Position numbers and translations under genes: made by a program. A stretch of DNA of 64,000 nucleotides from Hypanus sabinus (taxonomy: Eukaryota): NCBI RefSeq assembly GCF_030144855.1, contig NC_082722.1, positions 1,736,001-1,800,000 on the forward strand. Direction: 5' to 3'. A model generated the notes under the pieces. It was not told the origin of the DNA. It searched no databases and was given only the letters and a program-made list of their open reading frames with translations. Positions 44,118 to 56,086 of this stretch are shown here, in pieces (the first letter of the stretch is position 1; each line of letters starts with the position of its first letter).

Positions 44118-47100
44118 AACATGCCATAACACTATCCTGAATTTGCGACTATATATGTCAAAATTCAAGATTCACGATTCACTTTCTTCTAATGTCATTT
44201 CCAGTGTGATGGAGAACGAAATAATTGTTACTGTGGCTTCGATGCAGCACAAAAAAACGCAAGAAGATAAAGAACACAATAACAATATAACAACACAATA
44301 AACATAAATACGTAAGATAGATGTTGATAGAATATGTCGATAGAGATTCGCTAGGCACAAGACTGTCTCTACATAAGGTGACTTACAGGAAATTATAAAG
44401 GTTTCAAAGTTTTTAATGTCAGAGAACTATATACAACACAGTCTACAATAAAGTAGTGATGGTTGGAGGTTTGAAGAGGAGCGTTAGTAGACGAAGTTGC
44501 CGATTAGGCCTTACTATTTGCAGAAAGCAACTGCTTTTGAATCTGGTGGTGCTAGCGTGGGTGCTATGTAGACTCTTCTCCGATGGGAGTGGGGCAAACA
44601 ATCGATAAGCCGAGTGGGTGAAATCCTTCATGATGTAACTGGCTCCTTACGGCACATCTCTGTATATACTGTGTATCTGGATCCACGTGGTGTCGAAACT
44701 TGCCCAAACACATCCTGTTCACAAGGTGCTAGATGCAAAACATTTATTCCGGTAATTTTCAAAGCAGCCACCAGAGAAGTGATGAGACTGCAGGGCAATA
44801 TTTTTACCACGCAGGCCAATTATCCAACGATAAGTTCTGTATATTTTCCTTGCAATATAGCATGTCATCAAGGACTGTGCTAACCTTGCATCAACCTTGG
44901 CATTAATTTCAACTACCTTTTTTCCGAAGTGCGCTTTGTTTATTAAAGAAAACCCGAGTTCGCAATGAACTTTTTATAATACCATGATTTCTTACCTCTA
45001 TGTTTTCTTAAATGCTTTTGTATTATGATTATTACAACCAGTAGAATGAACAATCCACCGCCAATCGACCCACAGATCTGAACATACCAGTGTACGCTGT
45101 GAATTTCTGCAACGGAAATGTAAGAATCATTGAAGAATAGCTTTAATGTTATAGAAAAGTATAACGTCACACTTCTGAACTCTCGTTTGGCTATTTTCAT
45201 ATTGGGAAGTTGCTATCATGTCTACAGTTGTTAGATATTTTATTCGGCATTACCTGAGACTAAATACGTGTTCCCCAGAATGAAGAGTTCTGAAGCTCTG
45301 GTACATAAATTTAGAACGACAGGAGAAAGATTTTTAAACAAATCTGAAGGACATTGAATAATCTATTAGAGTAAATAGCTGAGACAGGTAAAATAGTATC
45401 ATTTGCGAAACATTTTAATGAGTACACAGAGTGAATGAGACTGCGGGCAGCAAGCGCAGAAATTTGGAATTAGCTCAGTGGTCGACATGGACTGGTTCGG
45501 CAGGCGTCGTGCATCGGTAGTATATTGCCCATGACTGTACAAATCCATTTTTGGTTAATTTCCTGGGTACATTCATCTTAACCAAGATCATATCTAGTAA
45601 TTAAATTAGCTTTGTTTGCGGCATCCGCATGAACACATAGAGGGAGATGCGTCAAATTCAATCAGCGAGACCTGTGCTGGAGAGCTCAAGTGGTGTCAAA
45701 CCAGCATACCCATAACTTTGTAACTTACACTGCGCGTCGATGAAGTGTGTGAAATGAAATGTGACACACGAGGTCACGGGCTAAACGCGGAAACACGTGA
45801 CAGTGGTGGATTTCGAACTATAATATTACAGCTGGCGCTCTATAAGTGTTACGCTTATAGTAACCCTACCGCGACACCCCATTCAGTGCAGCACAAATTA
45901 AAATCTTCGTTAAAATTAACATTTTAACTGATTTTGCTTCATCGGTTTCGAATTACAGCCTCCCTTTCCAGCATAGGCGCAGCCCTTTGGAAGATACTGT
46001 TATTTACCAAACAGCAGTGCGACAATGCGTTCCAAATATTCGAAAAGTTTGTTTCAGAGACGTGGCTAATGGTTAACAGAATTCAATGTTTACCTTCTCT
46101 GGTCGTTGACATAAATTGGAAGTCCGTCGCCGTTTTGATTGTAGAATGACTTGCCTGACAAGTGTAAATAGTCCCGCTCTTGACAGATTCCTCCTCTACC
46201 AGAATGCTGGTAACTTCATAGCGGCCATTTATGTTTACCACTTTTCTCGTAGTTATACCAGTCTCGATGGTCAGACCATCCTTGTACCAAGTAATATTTA
46301 TCTCATCAGGGTAGAATTCAGAAGTTTTGCATATAATTGTGGGAAAGACAGATCCATTTTGTTTGACTTCATTGTAAGTAATTCGTAATGGGGACGGTGG
46401 AACTAGAGAATAAGTTAAATATTTATTCATAACAGAATTATCTAACGAATATTGCAGAAAATATTTAAATCTTTCATCGGTAAAAGGAAATTGACATCAT
46501 ATACATTTCATCAACGGTGACACTAACAACATCAAGCTGTCTCTTACACTGTTCACTTATTAACCAAGAACACCGCTTCATCTTTTGGCAACACACAAAA
46601 AATGCTGATGGAACACAGCAGGCCAGTCAGCATCTATAGGGAGAAGCACTGTCGACGTTTCGAGCCGAGACCCTTCATCCGTCCTGACGAAGGGTCACGG
46701 CCCGTAACGTCGACAGTGCTTCTCCTATAGATGCTGCCACCAACACTTTTTTTGCGTGCTGCTTGAATTTCCACGTGTGTACTTCATCGTTTGACTGTGT
46801 TTCTTTGGAATTTCTGCTAAAGGTTTGGTGTAAGACATTCTCTTGATTTTATTACAACACCATTATTCCAGAAACCAAGAATCAAAAAAGTGAGATCAAA
46901 TTTGATTGACAAAAATATTCATGATTCGTTCAGAAACAGATTTGAATGCTAATTATTTTCAGTTAAATATTTAAAAGAAGCCATGGCAAATCCTATATTG
47001 CATTCCCAGCAATTTTCAAATGCCAATTTAGCTTTCAACTCTCAGATCAAAGACACTGGAGTTACAGAAAAGTGAAATAATAAAAAAAAAAATCCAGAAA

Positions 47101-47941
47101 CACTAAGAAAGCCAGACAACTTATATGGGAACAGAATCCAGATACATTTTTTTCATAAAATGTATGTCGTAATTAAAACAGAAATCGAAGTGAACTTTAT
47201 GAACTTTAATAATTTCTGCTTACCATGGACCATGAGCTTTGACCCAGTTCCATTTACTAGTGGTTTATCTCGACGTTTCACCCCACAATAATATACTCCA
47301 GTGTCCGTGGCATTGACGTTCATGAGCTGAAAGGTAGCCTCCCCTTTACTCAAAGTAGAAAAATATCTCCCGCTGTCCAACCAAGTCTGCAGAAAATTGT
47401 TTTCCCCTAGTTTCCACCAGAAAATATTTAGATCTGAGTTGTCTTGGAGGAGTGGGAAAGCACAATAGAAAGTGACGCTTCCACCAATGATCACATTGAT
47501 GCTGACAGGGAGTTGAAAAACGTTGTTCGGTACTTCTGTAACGGCTGTGTGGTAAACAATGGAAATTAATACATATAGCCGGAGATACACAGTACGTGAA
47601 CGAACATTTAATTTTCAAGCATAGGTACATGAGGATAGAACTCCTGTTTTTTGCACATCCTAATATTAGCTTATTTTGCCAGCTACCACGTGCTAACACC
47701 CGCAACACCTATTTTTTTTTTTACTAATACTCATTTCACATTAGTGCCGCTAATTGTATGGCGTCGAATGAGTGATCGGCCATTAAAATAAATATTTCAA
47801 AAAATGCAATATTAAAGTGATGTTAAGTTTCCAGCGCTGGATAACTTTTCTGTTTACTTTTTTCCACAAGAGAGGTAGGAAAACGTACACTTTACCTGGA
47901 TAAATAATGTTGAAGATCGCTAATAACAAAGGAAGATGCAT
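43086..47941 (-). CDS. Gene B: non-rearranging VJ-C1-TM immunoglobulin-superfamily receptor (multi-exon, terminal exon unresolved)
   Basis: Spliced product MHLPLLLAIFNIIYPA-VTEVPNNVFQLP...YYCGVKRRDKPLVNGTGSKLMVH-VPPSPLRI...YTCQASH...-EIHSVHWYVQICGSIGGGLFILLVVIIIIQKHLRKHR-GTRDSEDEAVDSEGQ. All junctions are GT-AG and in frame. Confidence 0.9.
44062..44112. repeat. (TC)n(CA)n compound microsatellite
   Basis: Direct reading. Confidence 0.95.
44996..45106 (-). CDS. Gene B exon 4: uncharged transmembrane segment
   Basis: Acceptor tttccgttgcag| and donor G|gtaaga, 111 nt, phase 1/1. Reads WYVQICGSIGGGLFILLVVIIIIQKHLRKHR. Confidence 0.88.
46094..46402 (-). CDS. Gene B exon 3: C1-set Ig domain
   Basis: Acceptor ttattctctag| and donor G|gtaaac. 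Motifs ICKTSEFYPDEINITWYKDG and YTCQASH. Confidence 0.93.
46628..46736. repeat. Hairpin built from two back-to-back Penelope-type terminal (hammerhead-bearing) sequences
   Basis: The ~50-bp arms CAGCATCTATAGGGAGAAGCACTGTCGACG... and ...CGTCGACAGTGCTTCTCCTATAGATGCTG are separated by a 6-nt spacer. Confidence 0.85.
47224..47544 (-). CDS. Gene B exon 2: V-type Ig domain with J-like G strand
   Basis: Acceptor taccacacag| and donor G|gtaagc. Motifs TFYC, IFWWK, DTGVYYC and NGTGSKLMV. Confidence 0.93.
47896..47941 (-). CDS. Gene B exon 1: signal peptide
   Basis: 46-nt exon encoding MHLPLLLAIFNIIYP, donor G|gtaaag, phase 1. Confidence 0.8.
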
Positions 47942-48044
47942 TTTTGAAATAGAACTGACAAAATTCGACGTCTTGACACAACCGTCTGGAATGTTGCGAC
48001 ACATGACACTTAAAGTGTTTTCAGCAGCGCGATTGATCTAAGAG

Positions 48045-48054
48045 AGTGACGTGA
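48045..48054 (-). promoter_or_regulatory. Candidate CRE-like site (AGTGACGTGA on +) about 105-110 bp upstream of the gene B ATG
   Basis: CGTCA on the gene B strand, at nearly the same position as in gene A. An ETS-like GGAAGT lies ~30 bp further upstream. Confidence 0.4.
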
Positions 48055-49149
48055 GGATAACCTGAACATAAAACCAATTGACTTCCGTCTCTTTCATCCT
48101 ACGTTTAAGGGTGTAAACACACAGCCTAAAGGCAGGCAGTGAAATGATTGGTGCAAGTTAGTTGTTTAGCCAACTAGAGTCGCTGTACCATTGCCTTCAC
48201 GCAGACGCAATCTGCAGTATGGTTTCATTCCACATCGTAAGTATTCTTTCTGACGGAAGTGCAGGCGTTTTATCTTCAGACCTATAAGCACAGGGCATCA
48301 AATTTGCGACTTTAATCCGATAGGCTATAATGGAGCAAAAGTGTGACGATCACTACAGGCTAAACCAAAATATTTTGAAATGTCTTACAAAACATCGAAG
48401 TTTCTTACAAAACATACACTGGTCAAGTTGAAAACCAGAAGAGGAAAGCTGGTTTTAAAAAGAGATCTCGCATTCGGTGAGTTCCATCCAATATGTCTAC
48501 ATAATAAACATAAATGGATAAAGCATTACATGCATACTCACAATAGAGATCCACATTAGTTTAATTATATAACAGTAGCGATCTCACCAATATAATCTGT
48601 TACCTGTTGGGTCGGAGTGTTGTTGTATCCTATTTTGACTGTCCAAAGACAATCTATTTCAGTGAATACTCAATAAAGTATCCGTAATTCACGAAACTAA
48701 CTCTTGATCAACACAATTATTGTGGCTGATTGTGCTGTCGGATTTTTAGAGCTAGTCAAATGTCGAGTCACGTATTTCTATATCAGTTATTTCAACCGTC
48801 GTCAAGTTTTGTATATTTTGTAAGCAAATATGTGGAAGCTTGCAAAGGCTTAAGTTATAGAATGATCTGAATGCTTTATACATTGTTCATTAAAGTATAC
48901 TAGCCACGTGATGCACGTAATTAAAGTGCCAGTGCAAGCTTTTAATTTTTTGCTGGGATGATTCAGTATAGAATTAGGGAAGTAATACCTCTATTACAAA
49001 CAACATCTCTCGTGTTAGGTGCGTGGAATATCCGCTTTCTTTTTAAGTAAGTACGAACTGTAATCGAGCAAGAGAAAGTTTATTGGACTTGTCTAGCATG
49101 CCTAGCTGTAATACAAACGAAGTGCAATGAGAGGAATGTGACCACAGAA

Positions 49150-51190
49150 ATTTAAAGAAGTGAGAGGGAACTTGGATGAAAAGTGTAAGATCACGATGTA
49201 TCATTTTACATAGGAGACTGAGACAGAGTCTATAGAAGAGAAGCAACGTAGCATCAAATTCGTGGATCCCAGGCCGATTAAAGGGGAGGAGGTGTTCTCT
49301 ATCTTGAGGCAAATCAGGCTGGATAAGTCCTGGGAGCATGACAAGGTGTTCCCTTTAACATTACGAGAGGCAAGTGCATAAATTGCCGGGTCTCTGGAAG
49401 AGATATTTAAATCATCCTTAGAGGTTTTAGAAGATAGGAGGATTGCCCATGTAGTTTCACCGTTTAAAAGGGCTCTTACCATAGGCTCGTGAATCTGATA
49501 TCAGCTGTTGGAAAGATTCTGGAAGATATTCTAAAGCAAAAGATATATAAAGATATGGTTAGACACGGACAGATTAAGGATAGCCAGCATGGCTTCGTGC
49601 ATAGTAGGTCATGCCTACGCAGTCTTATAGAGTTTCTCGAAGAACTTGCCAGGAAAGTGGATGAAGACAAGTGGATATTGTCTACTATGAGCTTTAGTAA
49701 GGCATTTGAAAAGGTCCCGCATGGAAGACTACTCAAGCATGTTCAGTCACTTGCCTTTCACAATGAGGTACCAACTGGATTTGATGAAAAGCCGGAGAGT
49801 ATTAGTAGAGGTTTGACTCTCTGACTGGAGCCCTGTGACCAGTTGTATGCTGCAGGGATGGGCGCTGGGTCTGTTGATGTTTGACATGTATATAAATGAT
49901 CTGGATGATAATGTGGTTGAGTTGATCAGCAAACTGGCAGATGACACCAAGATTGGGGATGCAGTGGATAGTCAGGAAGGCTATCATGGCTTGCAGAGGG
50001 ATCTACATCGGTTGGGAAAATGGAGTGAGAAATGTCAGATGAAATGTAATGCAGACAAATGCGAGATTTTGCGCTTCCATAGGATCAACCAGGATAGGTC
50101 TTACACAGTGAACATTAAACATTGGAGAGTGTTGTAGAACAAATGGATATGGGAATACAGGTACATAATTCGTTGACAGTGACAAGGCCGGAAAGAAAGT
50201 TTTTGGCACGTTAGCCTTCATAAATCAAAGAACCAAGTACAGGACGTGGGATGTTATGTTGAAGTTGTATAAGACATTGATGAGGCCTAATTTGGGGTAT
50301 TGTGTGCAGTTTCGGTTACCAGCTACAGGAAAAGTACCCTTCTCAAAGAGAAACATTACAACAATATGGCCAGATCTGGAGGACCGGAGTTATATGGAAA
50401 GATTTAATAGTGTTAAAACCACAGACTCGGCAGCGCAGAGAATTCCGCCACTGCGCTCGCGAATTTGCGTGTGTCAGCTAATTATTATTTCATTATTGCA
50501 GTGTTTAACTCCCTTTTCGCTGCGGCGCTTGCCGAGACTTAAGCAAAGCGCAACAACGTTACGCTGCCTACTTGGATTTGGCGTTACCTGAGAAAGTGTA
50601 CTATCGAGTGGACTGGGGACGAAGAATAGTATACAAAAGTATTCGTGTTATACTTAGATCTTCACTTAAGTTGTAGTGTTGGTATCTAGTTTTCCGCTTG
50701 AGAATTTTAGTCTACCGCCCTGTTTGGCCGAGCGTTTATTGTTTTCTTTTCATTTAAAATACTGTCCGCTTCAGTGTCCTTCTCTGTGCACTTGGGCATA
50801 TCCGAACGTAGTGACAGGGTAGGTTAGGACTGTCATCCTGAGAACAAAAATAACATTGAGAGGATATTTGCTAGAGGTATACTGAATTATGAGGGTTATA
50901 GGTAGGGTAAATGCAAGCTGGCTTTTTCCACTGTGGGACTATAACTAAAGGCCTTTGGTTAAGAGTGAAAAGTGAAAAGTTTAAGGAGAAATAGAGGGGA
51001 AACGTCTTTATTCAGCGGGTCATTGGAGTGTAGAATGAGCTCTACGCACAAATGGTGCACGTGAATTCAACGTTTAAGAGAAATTTAGATTGGTAGATCG
51101 GCAGTAGGGGTATGGAGAGCTATGGGCCTGTGGAGGTCAATGGAAGTAGGCAATCTTAGCGGCTTCAGCATGGACAAGGGACTGTTTCTG
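49150..51190 (+). mobile_element. Degenerate CR1 ORF2 interrupted by a solo-LTR-like insert
   Basis: QHGFVHSRSCL, FSKAFEKVPHG and KLADDTKIG motifs. CR1 sequence resumes after 50816. Confidence 0.8.
50411..50816. mobile_element. Solo-LTR-like insertion (TGTTA...TGACA, ~406 bp)
   Basis: A CpG-rich block with TG/CA ends splitting a CR1. No clean TSD is visible. Confidence 0.5.
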
Positions 51191-52869
51191 TGCTGTAGTT
51201 CTCTATAACTCTTGACTTTATCCTGACAGATTGAACGTGGCAGATTACGAGTATATTCACTTTAAGAAGTTCTGCGCATTGAACAAGAAACGGCTACTAT
51301 ATTTTTCCTTTCCTTTCGTTTTGATATTAATATCTTCTCAAAGGATGAAGGACGGACAGCAAGTAAATATAGCTATTTTATTTTAAAGTAAATCGATTGT
51401 TGGAGATGACAATTCCGAGTTAACATTGGACTTACAATAACTTAATCACAATAACAGAACGAGCATCACCGGATCTTAAATCTGTTTTTCCTCTAAGAGG
51501 ACCACAACTTTGTCTTGGAGGCTTCCGTTGGGACGCTAAGAGATAAGCTGGATGAAGTCAAGGTTTTATGCTTTGGATCAACTATAGCAAACATATCAAA
51601 AGGTAGAGGGCAGACTAAGAGTGGCCCACCTACAGATTCACCAACGCAGGGCCAACAGAAATGAATGGGGAAAAATAAACTGTTCTGAAAGCAACAATGA
51701 AGAATCATTGTAAATCTGTGTGCGATAGTATTCCCGAATCTCCACCCAGCATTTGCATGACTGACAGTAAACCGAGAAGAAGTTAATGACACGATGAAGG
51801 TGCTGTGTATGCCACCGGAGATGAGGACCTTCATTGCTACCCTAAATGCCAGCGGTGGATTGACCAGAAAAGGAAGATGATAGAGTCATGTAAACGTACA
51901 GCACGGACACCGGTCCACTGGATAATCCAGATCATTACATCAAATATTTATATTCAGTCAGTCCTAATCTCTCCCCGTTGAAGTCCAATCCGTCAGATTC
52001 GAATAATCAACAACACACTGAAGCAATTTTAGAGTAGCCAAATACTGTAACGTGCTTTTGGGATGTGGGCAAATATTGTAACATCTAGACTCTAGATTAA
52101 TGACACGAATGCAAAGACAGGATATGTCTGTCAACTCACACAGTTACTTAACGAAAGGACCGAACAGGCCCAGGCACCGTTGCACAGCAAAGAATGCATA
52201 TGCTACTCTGTAACGTTCTTCAATAAACGTGCATCAATGAAAGTGCCTAGTATACAGTAAATGGCAGGACAGTCAAAAACATGGATATACAGAGGTATTA
52301 GGTGTTAAAAATCGAGAACCCTCTGAAAGTTGCGACAATATGAGTAAGGAGTAGGACATGCTTGTTTTCATCAGTGGGGGCACTGAGTGTAAACCTGCGG
52401 AAATCATGCTGTCAAGGTATAAGAGCAATTATTTTCGACCAAGTTACAACACCGTTCTTTCTAGTAGTCCCTTCTACAGCAAGGATGGATATGAAGTATT
52501 TGAAACTGGTGAAAAAGAATATTACTGAGATGATAACTGGATTAGAAAGTAATAACTATCGGAAGATTGGACCAATTTCGATAGAGCTTGAAGGGCGATC
52601 TAGTACATAAAAGGTTTTGAGGTATAGAGAAGGTGCACAGAATGTTTACAATTTATATTTAAATAGGTCTGATTATATTCATCCTCGAAACAAAGAGAAC
52701 TGCGTTGTACCTGTCTTGTAATTGGATGAGTAGGAACATTTATTTTTGATCAGGCATTGTTCCCAGAGTGTTTGCATTAGGGAAGCTTCAATCCAACAGC
52801 ACAAAACTTCTTGGACGCGGATTTAATATTGTTCATAGTATTCAAGCTTCCTGTCAGCTCCCCAGTATA

Positions 52870-53310
52870 GGCTCCGACAAATGATAAATGCACAGTACTC
52901 ACTGGAATTTAGAAGATTTAGAAGATTGAGGGGGGATCTTCTTGAAACGTATAAAATTCTAAAGGGTTTGGACAGGCGAGATGCAGGAAGATTGTTTCCG
53001 ATGTTGGGGAAGTCCAGAATGAGGAGTCACAGTTTAAGTATAAAGGGGAAGCCTTTTAGAACCGTGATGAGGAAAAACTTCTTGACACTGTGAATTCTCT
53101 GCCACAGGAAACAGTTAAGGCCGGTTTATTAGCTATATTTAAAAGTAAGTTAGATTTGGTCCTTGTGGCTAAAGGGGTCAGGGGGTATGGAGAGAAAGCA
53201 GGTACAGGATTCTGAGTTGGATGATCAGCCATGATCATACTAAATGGCGGTGCAGGCTCGAAGGGCCGAAGGGCCTACTCCTGCACCTATTTTCTATGTT
53301 TCTATTTTTC
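52870..53310 (+). mobile_element. CR1 3' end
   Basis: RRLRGDLLETYKILKGLD motif and a cctattttctatgtttctat tail. Confidence 0.75.
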
Positions 53311-54430
53311 TTCATTGCGTTGCTCGTTACCTCGTCGTAAGATTCCTGGAGCAATGGGGACAACACAATATTCATACTTTGCCTCTGCAAAATAGAAATG
53401 AAATTGTGCACAGAATGGAAGGCATGTTGAGCCAGCTAGTAGGTGCATGCTTTAAAATGCAAACAGTTATTACTGAAATGGTACCCTAGTATTATCATAT
53501 TTCATTTAAAACAGTATATTCCCTTTTGTGCAATAACATCATTCATATTTGACTTGCTTTCTGGTTATTGTTTCCATCAACAGTCAATTTGCAAAAAAAC
53601 TGATGGAACGTTCGTAAGTAATGCAACTAATTGAAAAGAAGAAATGCCTTTGTTAAGCTACCTATGAAAATTAGTAAGTAGCAGCAGAACTCTCCCTCCA
53701 CAAAGTACATTAATAATTGATATGAATCTTGGGTTTCAGAAGAGATTTGCAATAAGTGTGGACAACTTTAAAGGTAGTTTCAGGATTGCAATCTTTCCCC
53801 TTACACAAAAATTAGTATTTAATTAATATTTGTTCCAGGTTTGACTTGTCAACTGCACATTAAAAATCATTTACAGATACACTGTTGAAACTATCATGTT
53901 TGGATAAATCGTGGTCTTATACCATTCGAAAATACACGGTGCAGAGACGCTGCCCTATACATCTCTTTACTCCCCCACTATTATTGGCAGTATCTACTGG
54001 AAGCGTTGCCTTAAGGAGACGAAGTCAGTCATCAAATCTTCCCATCATCCAGGCCATGCAATCTTCCCGCAGCTGTCATCAGCAGGAGCTGCAGAGGCCT
54101 GAAGTTTAATTTAACTGCGTTCAGCTACAGTTAATTTCCTTCAACTGTTCGGTTTTTGAACGAACTGCACAATCGTCATCATTACCGTTCAACAACGCTA
54201 TGAAAATTTTTATCATTTAACAATAAAATGAACAGTTCCTTGAGTTCTACTTGTGTTCCTTCTTGTAAAAGTGCATGCAGCATTGATATAGCATGTTCTC
54301 CTGTGAAATCTAAGCGCCAATGATCATGCAACTACATTGATATTCAACGTTCAAAGTAAACTTATTATCTAAGTATATATATGGCACGAAACACAATCCT
54401 GCGATTCGGTTTCCTGTGGTCATTCACTAG

Positions 54431-54432
<2 letters not shown>

Positions 54433-54490
<58 letters not shown>
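54433..54490. repeat. (AC)n microsatellite
   Basis: Direct reading. Confidence 0.97.
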
Positions 54491-54491
<1 letters not shown>

Positions 54492-54557
54492 ACACCACAC
54501 CACCACCCCCAAGACGGAAAAACAGCCAATATGCAAGGCAATAAATTGTGCAAACAC

Positions 54558-54606
<49 letters not shown>
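54558..54606. repeat. (AAT)n microsatellite
   Basis: Direct reading. Confidence 0.97.
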
Positions 54607-54609
<3 letters not shown>

Positions 54610-56086
54610 CAATAATTATCAAGAAGGTGAGATAATGAGATGTACCAATTACACCAGTACATCCATGCACACCTGCATACGGTGATAGCAATATAACTTA
54701 ATAGCAATAAAATTTTAAGATGTGATAAGAACAATCTGCAGAATTGCATCAATTTGGGAACAGCAGTTCCTTTCTGCAAATTATACTGATTAGTTTTAAA
54801 TTGAATTTATGACAAACGTCTGTGACATATTCTGACTGTTGCAGTGGTTTCCACCTATTTCATACGAGGCAGCGTCTCAGTTGCTCACTCTGCATTGAGA
54901 TCATATCATTTTAAGAATTTCGTCATTTGCAATTAAACCACAAAGTTGCAAGAGCACGCAACGTGGCTAAGAATTATTTTCGCTATTGAATATAAAATCT
55001 GCCATTACTTAATATGTACTGCAGCTGCCGAAGGTAATGTATTCTATGTAGTAGAACCTGGTGGCGGTTAATTTTTCTTTACATTTCGCTTGAGAACATG
55101 AAAGATCCGTTCAATTTTGACTAATCTCAATAGTTTCCATTCGTTCTACAAATTATCACGGTTGGAGATTTTAAAAAAACAGGGTAAGACTCGAGTCTAC
55201 CTTCAGTTTCAACATGATCACAGATTTCTTCCATTCCGCGTCCGTACAACACAAAGCACTAACACAAAGCACAATTCCATACGGATTAATGGGAAACCAG
55301 TATCTTCACACGTTTTTTTTGTAGCAAATTTGCCGGGAAGTGCTATAATATAGTCAAAAGTGGTTCCCGCAGAAATGTGATTGAACAAAGATTGGACTAA
55401 GCTGTGCCATTCTTATTCTTTACAGAGGTTCAACTTTGGTGCATTTAGTCAGAGGATCAAACAACGAGATCAGGAGCTTTGGCGGGCTCCGTTCATGCTA
55501 GACAAACTATATTAATGTGTTTTCAACAGTCTCCCATTGTCTTCGTAAGCATGACATTCCAAGTGATTTTCAAAGTACTTCTTTAAAAAGTTATGATTGC
55601 TTTATGATCTCATTGCGCTGCTCATTTGCAGATTTCGACCACCTTCTAGTAAAGACCCTAAATTCAAGTTGACATTTTCCATCTCAAACAATCTCCTGTT
55701 ATTTATTTCCAGTGCTCTCTATACTGCAGTCTCGTGCTTCTTATCACGTTGCAACCAGAATACACACAAAAGTAAAGGTAGCATCTATGGAAAAGAATAA
55801 CCAGTCAATGTTTCATGCCGAGACCTTCATAAGTCCTGATGAAGGCTTTAGGCCTGCAACGCCGCCTGTTTAATCTTTTCATGGATCTTGCCTGGCATGT
55901 TGAGTTTCTCCAGCATCTTGTGTGCGTTGCAATGGACTTCCAGCATCAGGCAGATTTTCTTCTGTTTGTAAGGGAACAGGTATAATCCGTTTAATGTGAT
56001 ACTTTGTATCATAACCTGCTACTATAAATTTCTAGCTAGTGAATTCTAAAATCCGGTATATCTACTTAACTCATTTGTCCCTGTTA

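Noticed and set aside
10146-47941. Calling the genes IgL, TCR, IgNAR, SIRP, NCR3 or NCR3LG1
   Set aside because: IgL has no TM, TCR V/J are split and its TM has a different conserved motif, IgNAR has several C domains, SIRP has V-C1-C1 and NKp30 has no C1. Orthology to B7-H6 cannot be shown without a search, so no symbol is given.
54365-54779. Several overlapping ORFs with poly-V/C, H/T, N, I, L and Y runs
   Set aside because: Artefacts of the (AC)n and (AAT)n microsatellites.
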